Source: a virus. From it: a stretch of 64,000 nt of DNA. Where the stretch lies: IMG/VR virus record IMGVR_UViG_3300024955_000001, positions 4,579-68,578 of that record. One strand, 5' to 3'. Made by a program: the position numbers and the translations under genes. The stretch's first letter is position 1; every line of letters starts with the position of its first letter. Of this stretch, positions 9,301 to 16,349 are shown in pieces. The notes under the pieces are model-generated. The model worked only from the letters and a program-made list of their open reading frames with translations. It was not told where the DNA came from and ran no database searches.

Positions 9301-12300
9301 GCCTTGCGCGATCCGGTCTTGTCGCCCATGCCACGCACACCCGTCAGGTTGGACGAGTAGTAGAGGTTCTTGAACTCGTGGGCTTCGTCCACGGTCAGGT
9401 CATCCACGCCCAGCTGCTCAAAGGTCAGCAGGCGGTCGCGCACGCCCTCTGCCAGGCGATCCATGCGGGCCTGAATCTTCTCGGCCAGGCGCTCGGCCTC
9501 CTTCACATTGAAGGGCTTGCGGCGCCCGTTGTCGGTACCGTCCTCGCGGGCCTGCTCCCAGGCGTCCTCGATGGCTGCCTGTGCCTGAGCCATTTCCAGC
9601 TCCAGGTAGCGGCTTTCCGTCTCCGGCGCAATGCCGATGAAGCCGAAGGACGAATGGGGCACGATCACGATGTCCCAGTCGCCCGTGGCGATCTTGCCGA
9701 ACAGGCGGCGGCGGCGCTTGGCCTCGAAATCCTTCTTGCCAGCGGCCAGCACCTTGGCGCCAGGGTACAGGCGGTACACATCGGCCGCCCACTGCTCCAC
9801 CAGGTGGTTGGGCACAGCCACCATGGGCTTGCGGGACAGGCCCATGCGGCGGCGCTCCATCGCGCGGGCGATGGCCGTGAAGGTCTTGCCGGCCCCCACG
9901 GCATGATCGACCAGCATGAAGCGCTCGTAGATGCCGCGCCAGATGGCATTCATTTGGTGGCGGCGCATCTTGAGGATGGCGTCCGGCACCTTACCGGGCA
10001 GCTGCAGGTGCTGGCCGTTGAACTGGCGCACCACGCGGGTGTTGAACTTCTCGTTGAACACGTCCACCAGGCGCTGGCGGCGCTCGCCGTTCTTGAAAAC
10101 CCAGTCGCCAAACTCGGCCTCGATCTCGCGCGCCTTGAGCCCGGCCAGGGCGGTGCGCTCCTTGTCGATGTAGGTGTTGCCGTCCGCGTCGCGGGCGGTG
10201 ACGGTCACGGCCTTGCTGTTCAGGATGCGGGTGATGATGTAGTCAGCTGGCGCACCCTCGCTGCTCCAGTTGGACATGCTGGTGCGCTCGGCGCCATCCA
10301 CGCTGACACTGAAACTGTTGGTCAGGGCCGAAAAGCTCACCCGCGCCTTGCCCCCCACCAGATGGCGCACGAAATCTGCATAGATCTCAGGGGGCACCCA
10401 GGTGGCGCCCATGGTCACGGCCACGTTCTCTGCGGTCCAGTCTGCGGGAATGATCTTTTCCAACGCCTCGGCGTTCTTGGTCATGCCAGCGGCGCGCGCT
10501 GCGTTCAGCTTGCGCTTGACCATGCCCGACAGGTAGGCGTCGGCCGTTTCCCACTGCCCCGTTTCAGGGTCTTTGAACACCAGCGGGTCGGCACCCTGCT
10601 GCAGCTGCTCGCCGGCCTGCTCTGGGCTGACGCCCAGCAGGTTGGCGATGCGCTCCATGTCCACGCGCCCAGATTCCGCCAGGGTGATTGCCAGGGCATC
10701 CGATGGAGTGGCGGCCTTGGTCGCTGGCTCATATTTGGGCACCACGCGCTCACGCAGGATAGGCGCTGGCGTGGCCTTCTCCTTCTGCGCCTCCAGCCCG
10801 GAGCGCGCGGCCTGCTCTGCAGTGCGCTCGGGTTGATAGTCCACCTCCAGCGCGGCTATCAGGCCGCCGTCCGGCATGGTCATCGCCAACTTCATGTTGG
10901 TGGAGCGCCCCACCGGTCCGTTGGCCTTCACGAATGCCTCGTAGGCAGCGGCCAGGCTCTTGCGGTTGCCCTCCATCACGGCGGGCACGGCGTCGGCGGT
11001 TTCCAGCACCAGCTGGCGTTTGAGCAGATCGCGCAGGCCGACCAGCCCGTTCAGGCGCTTCATGCCCAGCTTGCCAAGGCGCAGCTTTTCGGGCACGTCC
11101 TCGGGCTTGGCGTATACCTTGCGCTCGTACAGGTTCTTGCGCGTGGCCTCGCCCTTGGCGTTGGTCGCCTTGACGTTCTTGCCCTGCTCGTCCAGCACGG
11201 GCTCCAGAGAGTACCACTGGCCCTCCGCGTTCTGGCTCAGGGACTCGTGCCATGGGCTGTTCTCGTCAACATCCTGGTAGGCAAACTCGAAATCGCCCTC
11301 GGGTGTTTCGCGCTCAATCACGCGCTGCAGCTTCCCGTCAGGGGTAGCCTTGATGTGGCCGGCTTCCTCGTTGGCCACGGCAATGCGCAGCGCATCGCTC
11401 ATGGACTTATGGCGGGATGCAGTGGCGTCCAGCACATCCTGCTGGAAGTTCTGGATGCCCTCGGGCAGGCGCTGCACTGCCTCGCTCAGTAGCTTGCCCA
11501 GCTCGGCCGGGTTGTCCAGGCGCACGGTAATGTCGGCACCATGCTGCATGGAGCCGGAGCGCTCCATGACGCCCAGGACGTTCGCCGGGTTCTCCGCGAA
11601 ATAGGCGTTCACGTTCATGGGCTCGCCGCCCAGCGGATCGGGCACCTTGACCGTTTCGACCCAGGACGGCACCAGCGCGGCGGCGGCGGCGTCCGCGTCC
11701 TTCTTGTTGGCCTTGAGCTTGTTGTATTCCGTGATCGCGGCTTGCATCGCAGCCTGCTCGCCCGCATCCATTTTCTGGAAGATCAGGATGTCAGTCACCA
11801 CCTCCGTTCGGGCGTTCTCCTTGAATGCCGTATCTGGCAGGCGGATTGCGGCCACCAGGCGCGCCTGTGCGGCCAGCGCCAAGCGGCTGCTCTTGTCCTG
11901 CGCGTCCATCAGGAAGCGCGATACCACCATGGCCTGAATGCCGCCAGGGCGCAGCGCATCCATCCCGGCCCGGAAAAACTGGTTGTGGATCGACACGCCC
12001 TGCAGCTCGGGCTTGAACTGGAAGCGCAGAGACTCGCTGCCGAACGGCGGGTTGCCGATGTTCAGCATGAAAGCGTTGTCGGCCACCGGCACCTTCTGGA
12101 AGCCGGAATGCAGGACCGTCGCCTGCGGATACAGGGCCTGCCCGATGCGCGCGGTCAGGCTGTCGTATTCGACACCCACGAACCGATTGGGCATGTCCTT
12201 TGGCGCCAGGCCCAGGAAGTTGCCGGAGCCCATCGAGGACTCCAGCACGAGTCCTCCACGGTAGCCCAGGCGGCGCACCATGTCCCACATGGCCGACACC

Positions 12301-15300
12301 ACCGTCTGCGAGGTGTAGTGCGCGTTGCGGGTCGAACGACGCGCGGCGGTGTATTCCTCTTTGGTCAGCAGCTCGCGCAGTTCCTCACCGCGCGCCGTCC
12401 ACTTGTCCTTGAACTGGCCGGATGCGGGGTCGGGGAAAGCGTTGGCCAGGCCGCCCCAGCCCACATAGCGGGCCAGCATTGCCTGTTCTTCCGGTGTGGC
12501 GCGACGATTGGCCGCCTCGATGGCCTTGAGGGCGCGGATCGCGGCCAGGTTGTCATTGAACTTCTGAACCTCGCCACCCTTGCCCAGGCCCACCTCGTCG
12601 GTGATCTGGAAGTCGGCGGCGGGGATGTTAGGGGCGCTGGCCTCGCCCCCAGGGACAGCTACGCGCCCATCTGCTTGCGGTACTGGCTCTCCAGTTGCGC
12701 GAGTTCCTTGCGCTCCCACGGCTCCAGCTCGGCCTCGGGCTCGGGTTTTAGGAGCACGTACTGGCTCAGGGCCACTTCCTCCGCTTCGTGCTGGCGAAAG
12801 CCCTGCTCCATCAGCGACAGCACTTCCTGCTGCGCCTGCTTGCCCGCTGTCTGCAGCGCCTGCTCCAGCTCCCCGCTCGCCTTCAGCGCGGCTACCTTCT
12901 TGGGCAGCCACTGCGTCCAGTGCTTGCGGGCTCTCGCTTCGTACAGTTGTGCGCTCATCGCTGGGGTTCTCCTGCTGTGCATTATCGGCCTCGGCCTGGT
13001 CGGCAGCAACAACCGCCTCGTGTTGTTCAATCTCGGCCTTCGTCTCCACGTCGATGACCGCGCGCTTGGTATCCGCGCCCGTCTTGCCCCCCGCCATTGC
13101 GATGTAGGCGCCCTGCAGGTGATCCAGCGTCAGCGCATCGGCCGCGTCGTCGCCCAGGTTTGCGCGGATCTGATCCAAGGCGAACTTGGCCGAATCCTTG
13201 AACTTGTGGTATCCCAGGCGGAATGCGGCATCCAGCACGCGTGTGAGCACTGGCAGCAGCTTTTGCTCCTGCTCGGGCACGATGTTCATGCGGGTGCCCT
13301 TGCCAAGGATGTCGCCCAGGTCGGCCAGGGCGTTCATCAGATCGGCCTGCGCGCGCACCTGATCGGCGCTGGGCTTCTTGGCAGTAGCAGGGGCCTTATT
13401 TGCTACTGAATTGGTAGCTACTGGAGCTTCTTTGGTGCTGGTACCGGCCTGATTCTCATCAGAAACATTGATGGCTTTTTCTGCGGCTGGCGCTGGGCTG
13501 GCAGCAGGCTTGGCCGCCTCGCTCTCGGCCGCCGTCATGAACTCGGGTTTCAGCTCGCCGCGCGACACCTGCATGCCCTGGCGCGTGGGGCGCAGGGACA
13601 CGGTTTCCTCGATGCGCACGCCGCCCTGGGCGTACCAGCGCACGCCGTTCTTGTCCTGGCGGATCATCACGCCGTCAGCGCGGCGGCCGACGATGGTGTT
13701 TCCGTCCTTGTCCGCTTCTGAATTAATAGCTGCTGGAGCAATAACGGCGCCGGTATTGGGCTGTTCCTTCTCTTTGTCCTGGCGGGTTACGGCGGCGGGG
13801 GCTGCGGTGGGCACAGCTTCGCCCGTAGGTGCCGTGTTGGCGGGGAGAAAAGAACGTTCGCCATTCGCCTTCTCGGCGGTCACAACGCCATCGCGCTCCA
13901 TGCGATCCATCAGCGCATTGACTTCGCCAAAGCCGATGCCCAGCGCAGCCTGAATAGCAGGGCGATTCACAGCGCCGGCGCTGCGCACCAACTCCACAGC
14001 CTTTGTGTAGGTCGCATCGTCCTTAGCGCCGGGCTCCATCGCAACCGCCAGCTTGCGCTGCACATCGCGGTTCAGGTCAGCCCACGCTGCGCGGTGGACG
14101 TTCTTGCGCACGATGGGCTTGAGATCCGCGCGCTGGGCCAGGGCCTGGCGTTCGGCCGTGGGCATGCGCGTCCAAGCATCGCCAGTGCTGGCTACGCGCT
14201 GAGCAGGGCCTTCTGCTTGCGGCGCAGCTTGCGCGCTTGGCGCTGGCGCCGTTTGCGCTCCAGGGTTCGCAGTCGGGGCGCCATCGGTCAGGCCTGCAGC
14301 GGCTGCTTGCTGCGCGCCATTCGCGCCTGGGCGTCCTTGAGCATCTGGTGCTCCACGTGCGACTGCTGGCGCTGCTCCGACTTGCGACGGTTGCGCGCTA
14401 CCTTGCTGGGCTTGGGCGGCTTGAGGGCCATTGCGGTTTCCTTCTGTGGTTGCGGGAATGGTCAGATCAGCCGGCACTGGACCAGCGTCTTCGGTGAGGG
14501 AGGCAAAAGCGGCATCGGCGCGCTCTGCGCCGGGCACGCTGGCGCGCTGCTCTGCATCCAGCTCGGCCTGCAGCTCCTGCTGCTCACGCAGCGCACGGCG
14601 GCGGCCCAGCTCCTGGGCCAGTTGCATGCGGACCTCGCGCGACTGAGCGCCGCGGAAGGTGTTGGACAACTGGGCATCGCTCCAGCTCTCCATGGGCGAG
14701 CCCGGCGAAATTTCGCCAGTTTCCTGGTTTACGCCTTGCTGCGTGAGCGCTGGCTGCTCTTGTTTTTGATTGCCTTGGGCAGTTTTTTTGCCTTGCTTTT
14801 GCGCTACCTCGGCAGCCTGGGCCAGCGCAGCGGCCTGCTGCACTTGGTCTGAGGCGCCGGTATCGACAGCCAGCGCGGCACTGGCCGACAGTGGGCCGGC
14901 AGCAGGGTCCAAGCCCATGGCCACGGAGCGCGGCACGGTCGCACCGGTGGACTGGTAAATCTCATCGTCAGGGCTTTGCACGGCGCGCGAGGCATCCATG
15001 GCAGCCTGGCGCTGCTCGGCGGCCTGGGCCTGCTGCTGCGCCAGCGCTGCCGCGCCATCGGGAGGCGCGGTCTGGGGCACGTTGGGATCGCCTTGCTCCT
15101 GCTGCTGCAGCGCCGCCAGTTGGGCGGCAAATGCCTGCTGGATACGCTCCATGCCGAGGTTGGGCGGCGCGGCGCCGGCGTCAGTGGGTGCGGCACCAGG
15201 TTGCTCGGAAGGCGACGCACCTGGTTCCGCTTTCGGCTGCTTGAAGCCGTGATAGCCGGAAGCTGCGCCACCCATGGCGCCGCCCGACAGCACGCCCATG

Positions 15301-16220
15301 ACCGCTGCGGAATCCACATCCGTCAGCCAGTCCTTGCCAAGCGCCACGTTCTGGAAGATTTGCTCGGCCACGGACTGCGGCAGCTCTTCCAGGAAACCCT
15401 CGGAGATCGCGCCCTCAATCACGCGGCGCGGAATGCTCTTGGCAGCCGCTTGCTGCACCAGAGGATTGACGGCGGCGGTAGCGGCATCGTCAGCGTTCTG
15501 CTTCGCCATGCCCTTGGTGCCCTGGGCCAGCATGGTTTCGGCGTCACCGATACCCAACTTGTTGGCCACGCGGCCGCCCAGCACGCCGAAGCCCGCCGTG
15601 GCCACGCCGGTTGCCGCTGCGAGCGCGGCCTGGGTGGGGGTCAGCAGCCCATCGGGAGTTTCCTGGCGGATCTGCTCGGCTGCGGAACCAGCTGCGGTGA
15701 TGCCTTCGCCGGCCGCGCCCGCCAATGCAGCACCAGCGGCGCCCATCTGGCCCAGCTTTGTCGCGGCCATGAGTCCTCGCGCAGCGACGCCCCCAGCGCC
15801 CATGCTGGGCAACGACTCACCAACGGCCGTCGCAATGAGGCTGGGGTTCTGAACGGCTGTAACGGCCTTGTCCACGATGCCATTGGCATCCTGAAACTTG
15901 CGTTGCGCCTCCTTGGTAGCGTCGGAGTGCCAGTCGTTGGCGATTTCCTTGGCCTGCTTGGGGCGAAAGCCCACAGAGCCACCCTCGTTCTCCAGGAACT
16001 TGCCCACCTCGCCGCCCGTGGGAATGTCGGCAATACCAACCAGGGCCTCGGGCACGCCAATGGCGCCCTTGACAGCTGTGGCAGCAACGTCCTTGATGGT
16101 GCCGCTCAGCGTACGCTTCGGCGAATCCGCTGCACCATCGAACTGGTCAAAGTAGTTCTTTCCTTTGCCACCCGGGCCGGCAGTTGAGGGGTCGAATTGA
16201 TCAAAGAAGTTGGAGCTCAT
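3315..16220 (-). CDS. giant polyvalent virion protein (DarB-like: N6-adenine methyltransferase + SNF2/DEAH helicase + zincin-like motif + PLxRFG membrane module)
   Basis: Single 4301-codon ORF. Motifs read directly: RYVGWGG (aa 1250), NPPFG (aa 1390), GAGKT (aa 2109), DEAH (aa 2278), QREGRVIRQGN (aa 2674), LYHEVLGHHG (aa 3204), APLSRFG (aa 3632). N- and C-terminal regions are Gly/Ala-rich and hydrophobic. Confidence 0.85.
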   Translation of the reverse strand: MSSNFFDQFDPSTAGPGGKGKNYFDQFDGAADSPKRTLSGTIKDVAATAVKGAIGVPEALVGIADIPTGGEVGKFLENEGGSVGFRPKQAKEIANDWHSDATKEAQRKFQDANGIVDKAVTAVQNPSLIATAVGESLPSMGAGGVAARGLMAATKLGQMGAAGAALAGAAGEGITAAGSAAEQIRQETPDGLLTPTQAALAAATGVATAGFGVLGGRVANKLGIGDAETMLAQGTKGMAKQNADDAATAAVNPLVQQAAAKSIPRRVIEGAISEGFLEELPQSVAEQIFQNVALGKDWLTDVDSAAVMGVLSGGAMGGAASGYHGFKQPKAEPGASPSEQPGAAPTDAGAAPPNLGMERIQQAFAAQLAALQQQEQGDPNVPQTAPPDGAAALAQQQAQAAEQRQAAMDASRAVQSPDDEIYQSTGATVPRSVAMGLDPAAGPLSASAALAVDTGASDQVQQAAALAQAAEVAQKQGKKTAQGNQKQEQPALTQQGVNQETGEISPGSPMESWSDAQLSNTFRGAQSREVRMQLAQELGRRRALREQQELQAELDAEQRASVPGAERADAAFASLTEDAGPVPADLTIPATTEGNRNGPQAAQAQQGSAQPSQVGAAPAVARGAPDAQGRPGANGAQQAAAAGLTDGAPTANPGAQTAPAPSAQAAPQAEGPAQRVASTGDAWTRMPTAERQALAQRADLKPIVRKNVHRAAWADLNRDVQRKLAVAMEPGAKDDATYTKAVELVRSAGAVNRPAIQAALGIGFGEVNALMDRMERDGVVTAEKANGERSFLPANTAPTGEAVPTAAPAAVTRQDKEKEQPNTGAVIAPAAINSEADKDGNTIVGRRADGVMIRQDKNGVRWYAQGGVRIEETVSLRPTRQGMQVSRGELKPEFMTAAESEAAKPAASPAPAAEKAINVSDENQAGTSTKEAPVATNSVANKAPATAKKPSADQVRAQADLMNALADLGDILGKGTRMNIVPEQEQKLLPVLTRVLDAAFRLGYHKFKDSAKFALDQIRANLGDDAADALTLDHLQGAYIAMAGGKTGADTKRAVIDVETKAEIEQHEAVVAADQAEADNAQQENPSDERTTVRSESPQALDAVAAQEGSRAEGERGAGAGAADSGQAGAAGSAVADGAGLSPARSGGSGPEPVRAPKTRARGRAGAVGAQGTRATGEPVPQADGRVAVPGGEASAPNIPAADFQITDEVGLGKGGEVQKFNDNLAAIRALKAIEAANRRATPEEQAMLARYVGWGGLANAFPDPASGQFKDKWTARGEELRELLTKEEYTAARRSTRNAHYTSQTVVSAMWDMVRRLGYRGGLVLESSMGSGNFLGLAPKDMPNRFVGVEYDSLTARIGQALYPQATVLHSGFQKVPVADNAFMLNIGNPPFGSESLRFQFKPELQGVSIHNQFFRAGMDALRPGGIQAMVVSRFLMDAQDKSSRLALAAQARLVAAIRLPDTAFKENARTEVVTDILIFQKMDAGEQAAMQAAITEYNKLKANKKDADAAAAALVPSWVETVKVPDPLGGEPMNVNAYFAENPANVLGVMERSGSMQHGADITVRLDNPAELGKLLSEAVQRLPEGIQNFQQDVLDATASRHKSMSDALRIAVANEEAGHIKATPDGKLQRVIERETPEGDFEFAYQDVDENSPWHESLSQNAEGQWYSLEPVLDEQGKNVKATNAKGEATRKNLYERKVYAKPEDVPEKLRLGKLGMKRLNGLVGLRDLLKRQLVLETADAVPAVMEGNRKSLAAAYEAFVKANGPVGRSTNMKLAMTMPDGGLIAALEVDYQPERTAEQAARSGLEAQKEKATPAPILRERVVPKYEPATKAATPSDALAITLAESGRVDMERIANLLGVSPEQAGEQLQQGADPLVFKDPETGQWETADAYLSGMVKRKLNAARAAGMTKNAEALEKIIPADWTAENVAVTMGATWVPPEIYADFVRHLVGGKARVSFSALTNSFSVSVDGAERTSMSNWSSEGAPADYIITRILNSKAVTVTARDADGNTYIDKERTALAGLKAREIEAEFGDWVFKNGERRQRLVDVFNEKFNTRVVRQFNGQHLQLPGKVPDAILKMRRHQMNAIWRGIYERFMLVDHAVGAGKTFTAIARAMERRRMGLSRKPMVAVPNHLVEQWAADVYRLYPGAKVLAAGKKDFEAKRRRRLFGKIATGDWDIVIVPHSSFGFIGIAPETESRYLELEMAQAQAAIEDAWEQAREDGTDNGRRKPFNVKEAERLAEKIQARMDRLAEGVRDRLLTFEQLGVDDLTVDEAHEFKNLYYSSNLTGVRGMGDKTGSRKANDLYNKVRVLREQPTGSVTFLTGTPISNSAVEMFTMLRYLAADSLDDMGLSHFDAFRAQFVEATPAFEPTESGRLKQVTRLGRTWSNMRSLMDLYYQVTDAVSLDDIKRFYAEDNPGREFPVPKVAGGKDRNLVAIKPTPAQEQGLKDVMEGFDGLDGIEDPYERNAERLRLMDRARKLSLDIRAVDPRSTSTEEGGKLQVVSENIKRIYDKWDADQGTQLVFLDRSVPKSKGDDAIIKAYDDLVAKRDAALRADDQEAFDEAQEALDRYDPREIAELRQAQTSPWSAYQQIKDNLIATGIPANEIRFVQEANNDEQKAALFDSVNGGKVRVLIGSTPRMGAGTNVQQRAVALHHVDVTWKPSDIEQREGRVIRQGNLFSTPPTAEKPNPMFRADFEVEILAYATERTVDAKMWDLNATKLRTINGIRKYDGAFSMEFDDEEAVGMAEMAALASGNPLLLERVKTESEITTLELQERAFRRRMFGIEDAVESAERAIERNPGRIADERAKKEKANAAMEAADARKAERRVTIEGKEYDNLRDAMTAVNEAIEQQQGGKPTARYSISVDGARLTNKDGIDTAIGAALGDSSLFDVTIDGRLIAQHTVAARELAAKFNELTKGIQPGDSRTATVGSMLGYDLVLDAQARETGKGGGQIDASVSLVDADGATVTSRGLNSFAVNQSVVPANVRNLVTDLFDDIGRLANSSTDYLERQLARAKAELPALRQQLNQTFPKAGELTAKRERLRELVGLLEGKAQSAAPTTPEESEAGDGTAGDAPAFRREAPAGVAQADDFDMASYLAAMDQPSVYSDAARRQAVASVSGTVDAIRAAWGPNAPEVVVAFDMQDQRIPEAARNADLRQRSGGARGAPEGFYYRGKAYLMASRLNTPNDAARVLYHEVLGHHGLRGKFGRDLDQVLNQLATMRKAEVAAKMREYGLRGVNSLSVREAAEEVLAEMAEKTPQLPFVQRAISAIRNFLRQHVPGFQSLRLTDNDIIQAYILPARGWVVRGGPGGGPRGGQPVMSRASDAGSADPDIRFSRSSTADLKDSALAQIHQTLTHPGKVSLWDKTVGTMRNLAERSPVFKPVYEAAQRFIDDVSMLGNDAADRAPRLLPRVETLADLKKKPITAADNQAVAKPLFEGTLLWARDVDGTPVTTEALNAKYRNTTPDEKAQILLRTGKIQEQMLKAWRGLPVDQYNTIINNKFDSTILKPGVIWSEKELKDLFSLNAQQVSLYQEARAAIDRSLDMTARADMLRAMGAGYADLREAVLAQATVEDAMVLITDTLQAEARESPDQADRILSLNNAVVKSYERARALMEAGYAPLSRFGRYTVDVVGKDGTREYFGMFESMYESNKMKAAMEKEFPGATVTQGTMSDEAFKLFQGITPESLEHFGQMLGLSGEGTDPKDKAFQAYLQLAKNNHSALKRLIHRKGISGYSEDVGRVLASFVYSNARLAAGGLNAGTLETAIEGIPKEQGELRDVAMGLRSYIQDPQEEGQAVRGMLFAQYLGGSVASAMVNMTQPFQITMPWLSQFGGMRSAASHLAAAVRDMTRRSGYEPDLAKALQTAEAEGIVSPQEIHQLMAQARGAGSLRTGDGTKLGDARAAAANNWERVKVAWGQPFALAEQFNRRSTFIAAYRIAKEQGMADPAKFAERAVQETQFVYSKANKPKWARGTIGGTLFTFKTYSVSYLELMHRMWTQGGPEGKRAVGWAVAMLLLMGGAGGLPFMEDAEDLIDGAGQLMGYNISTKHWRKQALRDVVGKELADFMEQGVSGLPGAPIDVSGRLGMGNLIPGTGLLLSKQNRERDLLEVAGPAGDLVARGFTGARKLLTGDVAGAALEVSPAAVRNLAKGIDMGTSGIYKDAKGYKVIDTTLDEAIAKAIGFQPKPVAEVQEANSFMQRSKSFYIQTSNDIKAQWAQAVFEKDDDALQRVRDRLAAWNRNNPDQPIVVKIPDVMKRVREMGKDRTARIADTAPKALRQQMRDMARENG
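3318..6300 (-). other. C-terminal PLxRFG-type module with transmembrane segments
   Basis: APLSRFG at nt 5307-5324. Hydrophobic helices (e.g. AVGWAVAMLLLMGGAGGLPF) lie near the C-terminus, typical of ejected internal virion proteins. Confidence 0.5.
8150..9970 (-). other. SF2 (SNF2/DEAH) helicase module of giant protein
   Basis: Walker A GAGKT (nt 9882-9896), DEAH (nt 9378-9389), TGTPISNS, and motif VI QREGRVIRQGN (top nt 8201). Confidence 0.8.
11540..12650 (-). other. N6-adenine DNA methyltransferase module of giant protein
   Basis: ADFQITDEVGLGKGG...RYVGWGGLANAFPD...LESSMGSGNFLG (motif I-like)...NIGNPPFG (motif IV, nt 12039-12053). Confidence 0.8.
12659..12958 (-). CDS. embedded 99-codon ORF in +1 frame of the giant gene (hypothetical small protein)
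   Basis: ATG 12958 with AGGAG 10 nt upstream. MSAQLYEARARKHWTQWLPKKVAALKASGELEQ...QYRKQMGA has K/E/Q/W-rich, protein-like composition. My hand count gives GC3 ~86% in this frame versus ~37% for the giant frame over the same 300 nt. Confidence 0.45.
   Translation of the reverse strand: MSAQLYEARARKHWTQWLPKKVAALKASGELEQALQTAGKQAQQEVLSLMEQGFRQHEAEEVALSQYVLLKPEPEAELEPWERKELAQLESQYRKQMGA
13866..14009 (-). other. winged-helix segment of giant protein (FtsK-gamma-like)
   Basis: aa ~738-785, YTKAVELVRSAGAVNRPAIQAALGIGFGEVNALMDRMERDGVVT, resembles the FtsK gamma / wHTH DNA-binding fold. By-eye resemblance only. Confidence 0.3.
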
Positions 16221-16256
16221 CCACCCACTGTCCAGCAGCGTGAGGAATGGGCAAAA

Positions 16257-16268
16257 CCCTATGCCGGG
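16257..16268 (-). repeat. late-region motif copy (minus: CCCGGCATAGGG)
   Basis: 36 nt upstream of the giant-gene ATG. Confidence 0.6.
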
Positions 16269-16349
16269 CGATGAACGATTGGAGCTTTCGAATCTGCAGC
16301 GCCACTCTGATTGCGTACCCTGCTACATTCCTCACAGGAGGGAGAATCC

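Noticed and set aside
3315-16220. The giant virion ORF next to an N4-gp56-like capsid gene could be an N4-type virion RNA polymerase. That would also explain the T7-like CATAGGG motifs.
   Set aside because: The recognisable motifs are N6-MTase (NPPF) and SF2 helicase (GAGKT/DEAH). I found no T7-like palm/fingers motifs and no DxDGD-type catalytic loop. The RNAP idea is kept only as a low-probability alternative for the motif.
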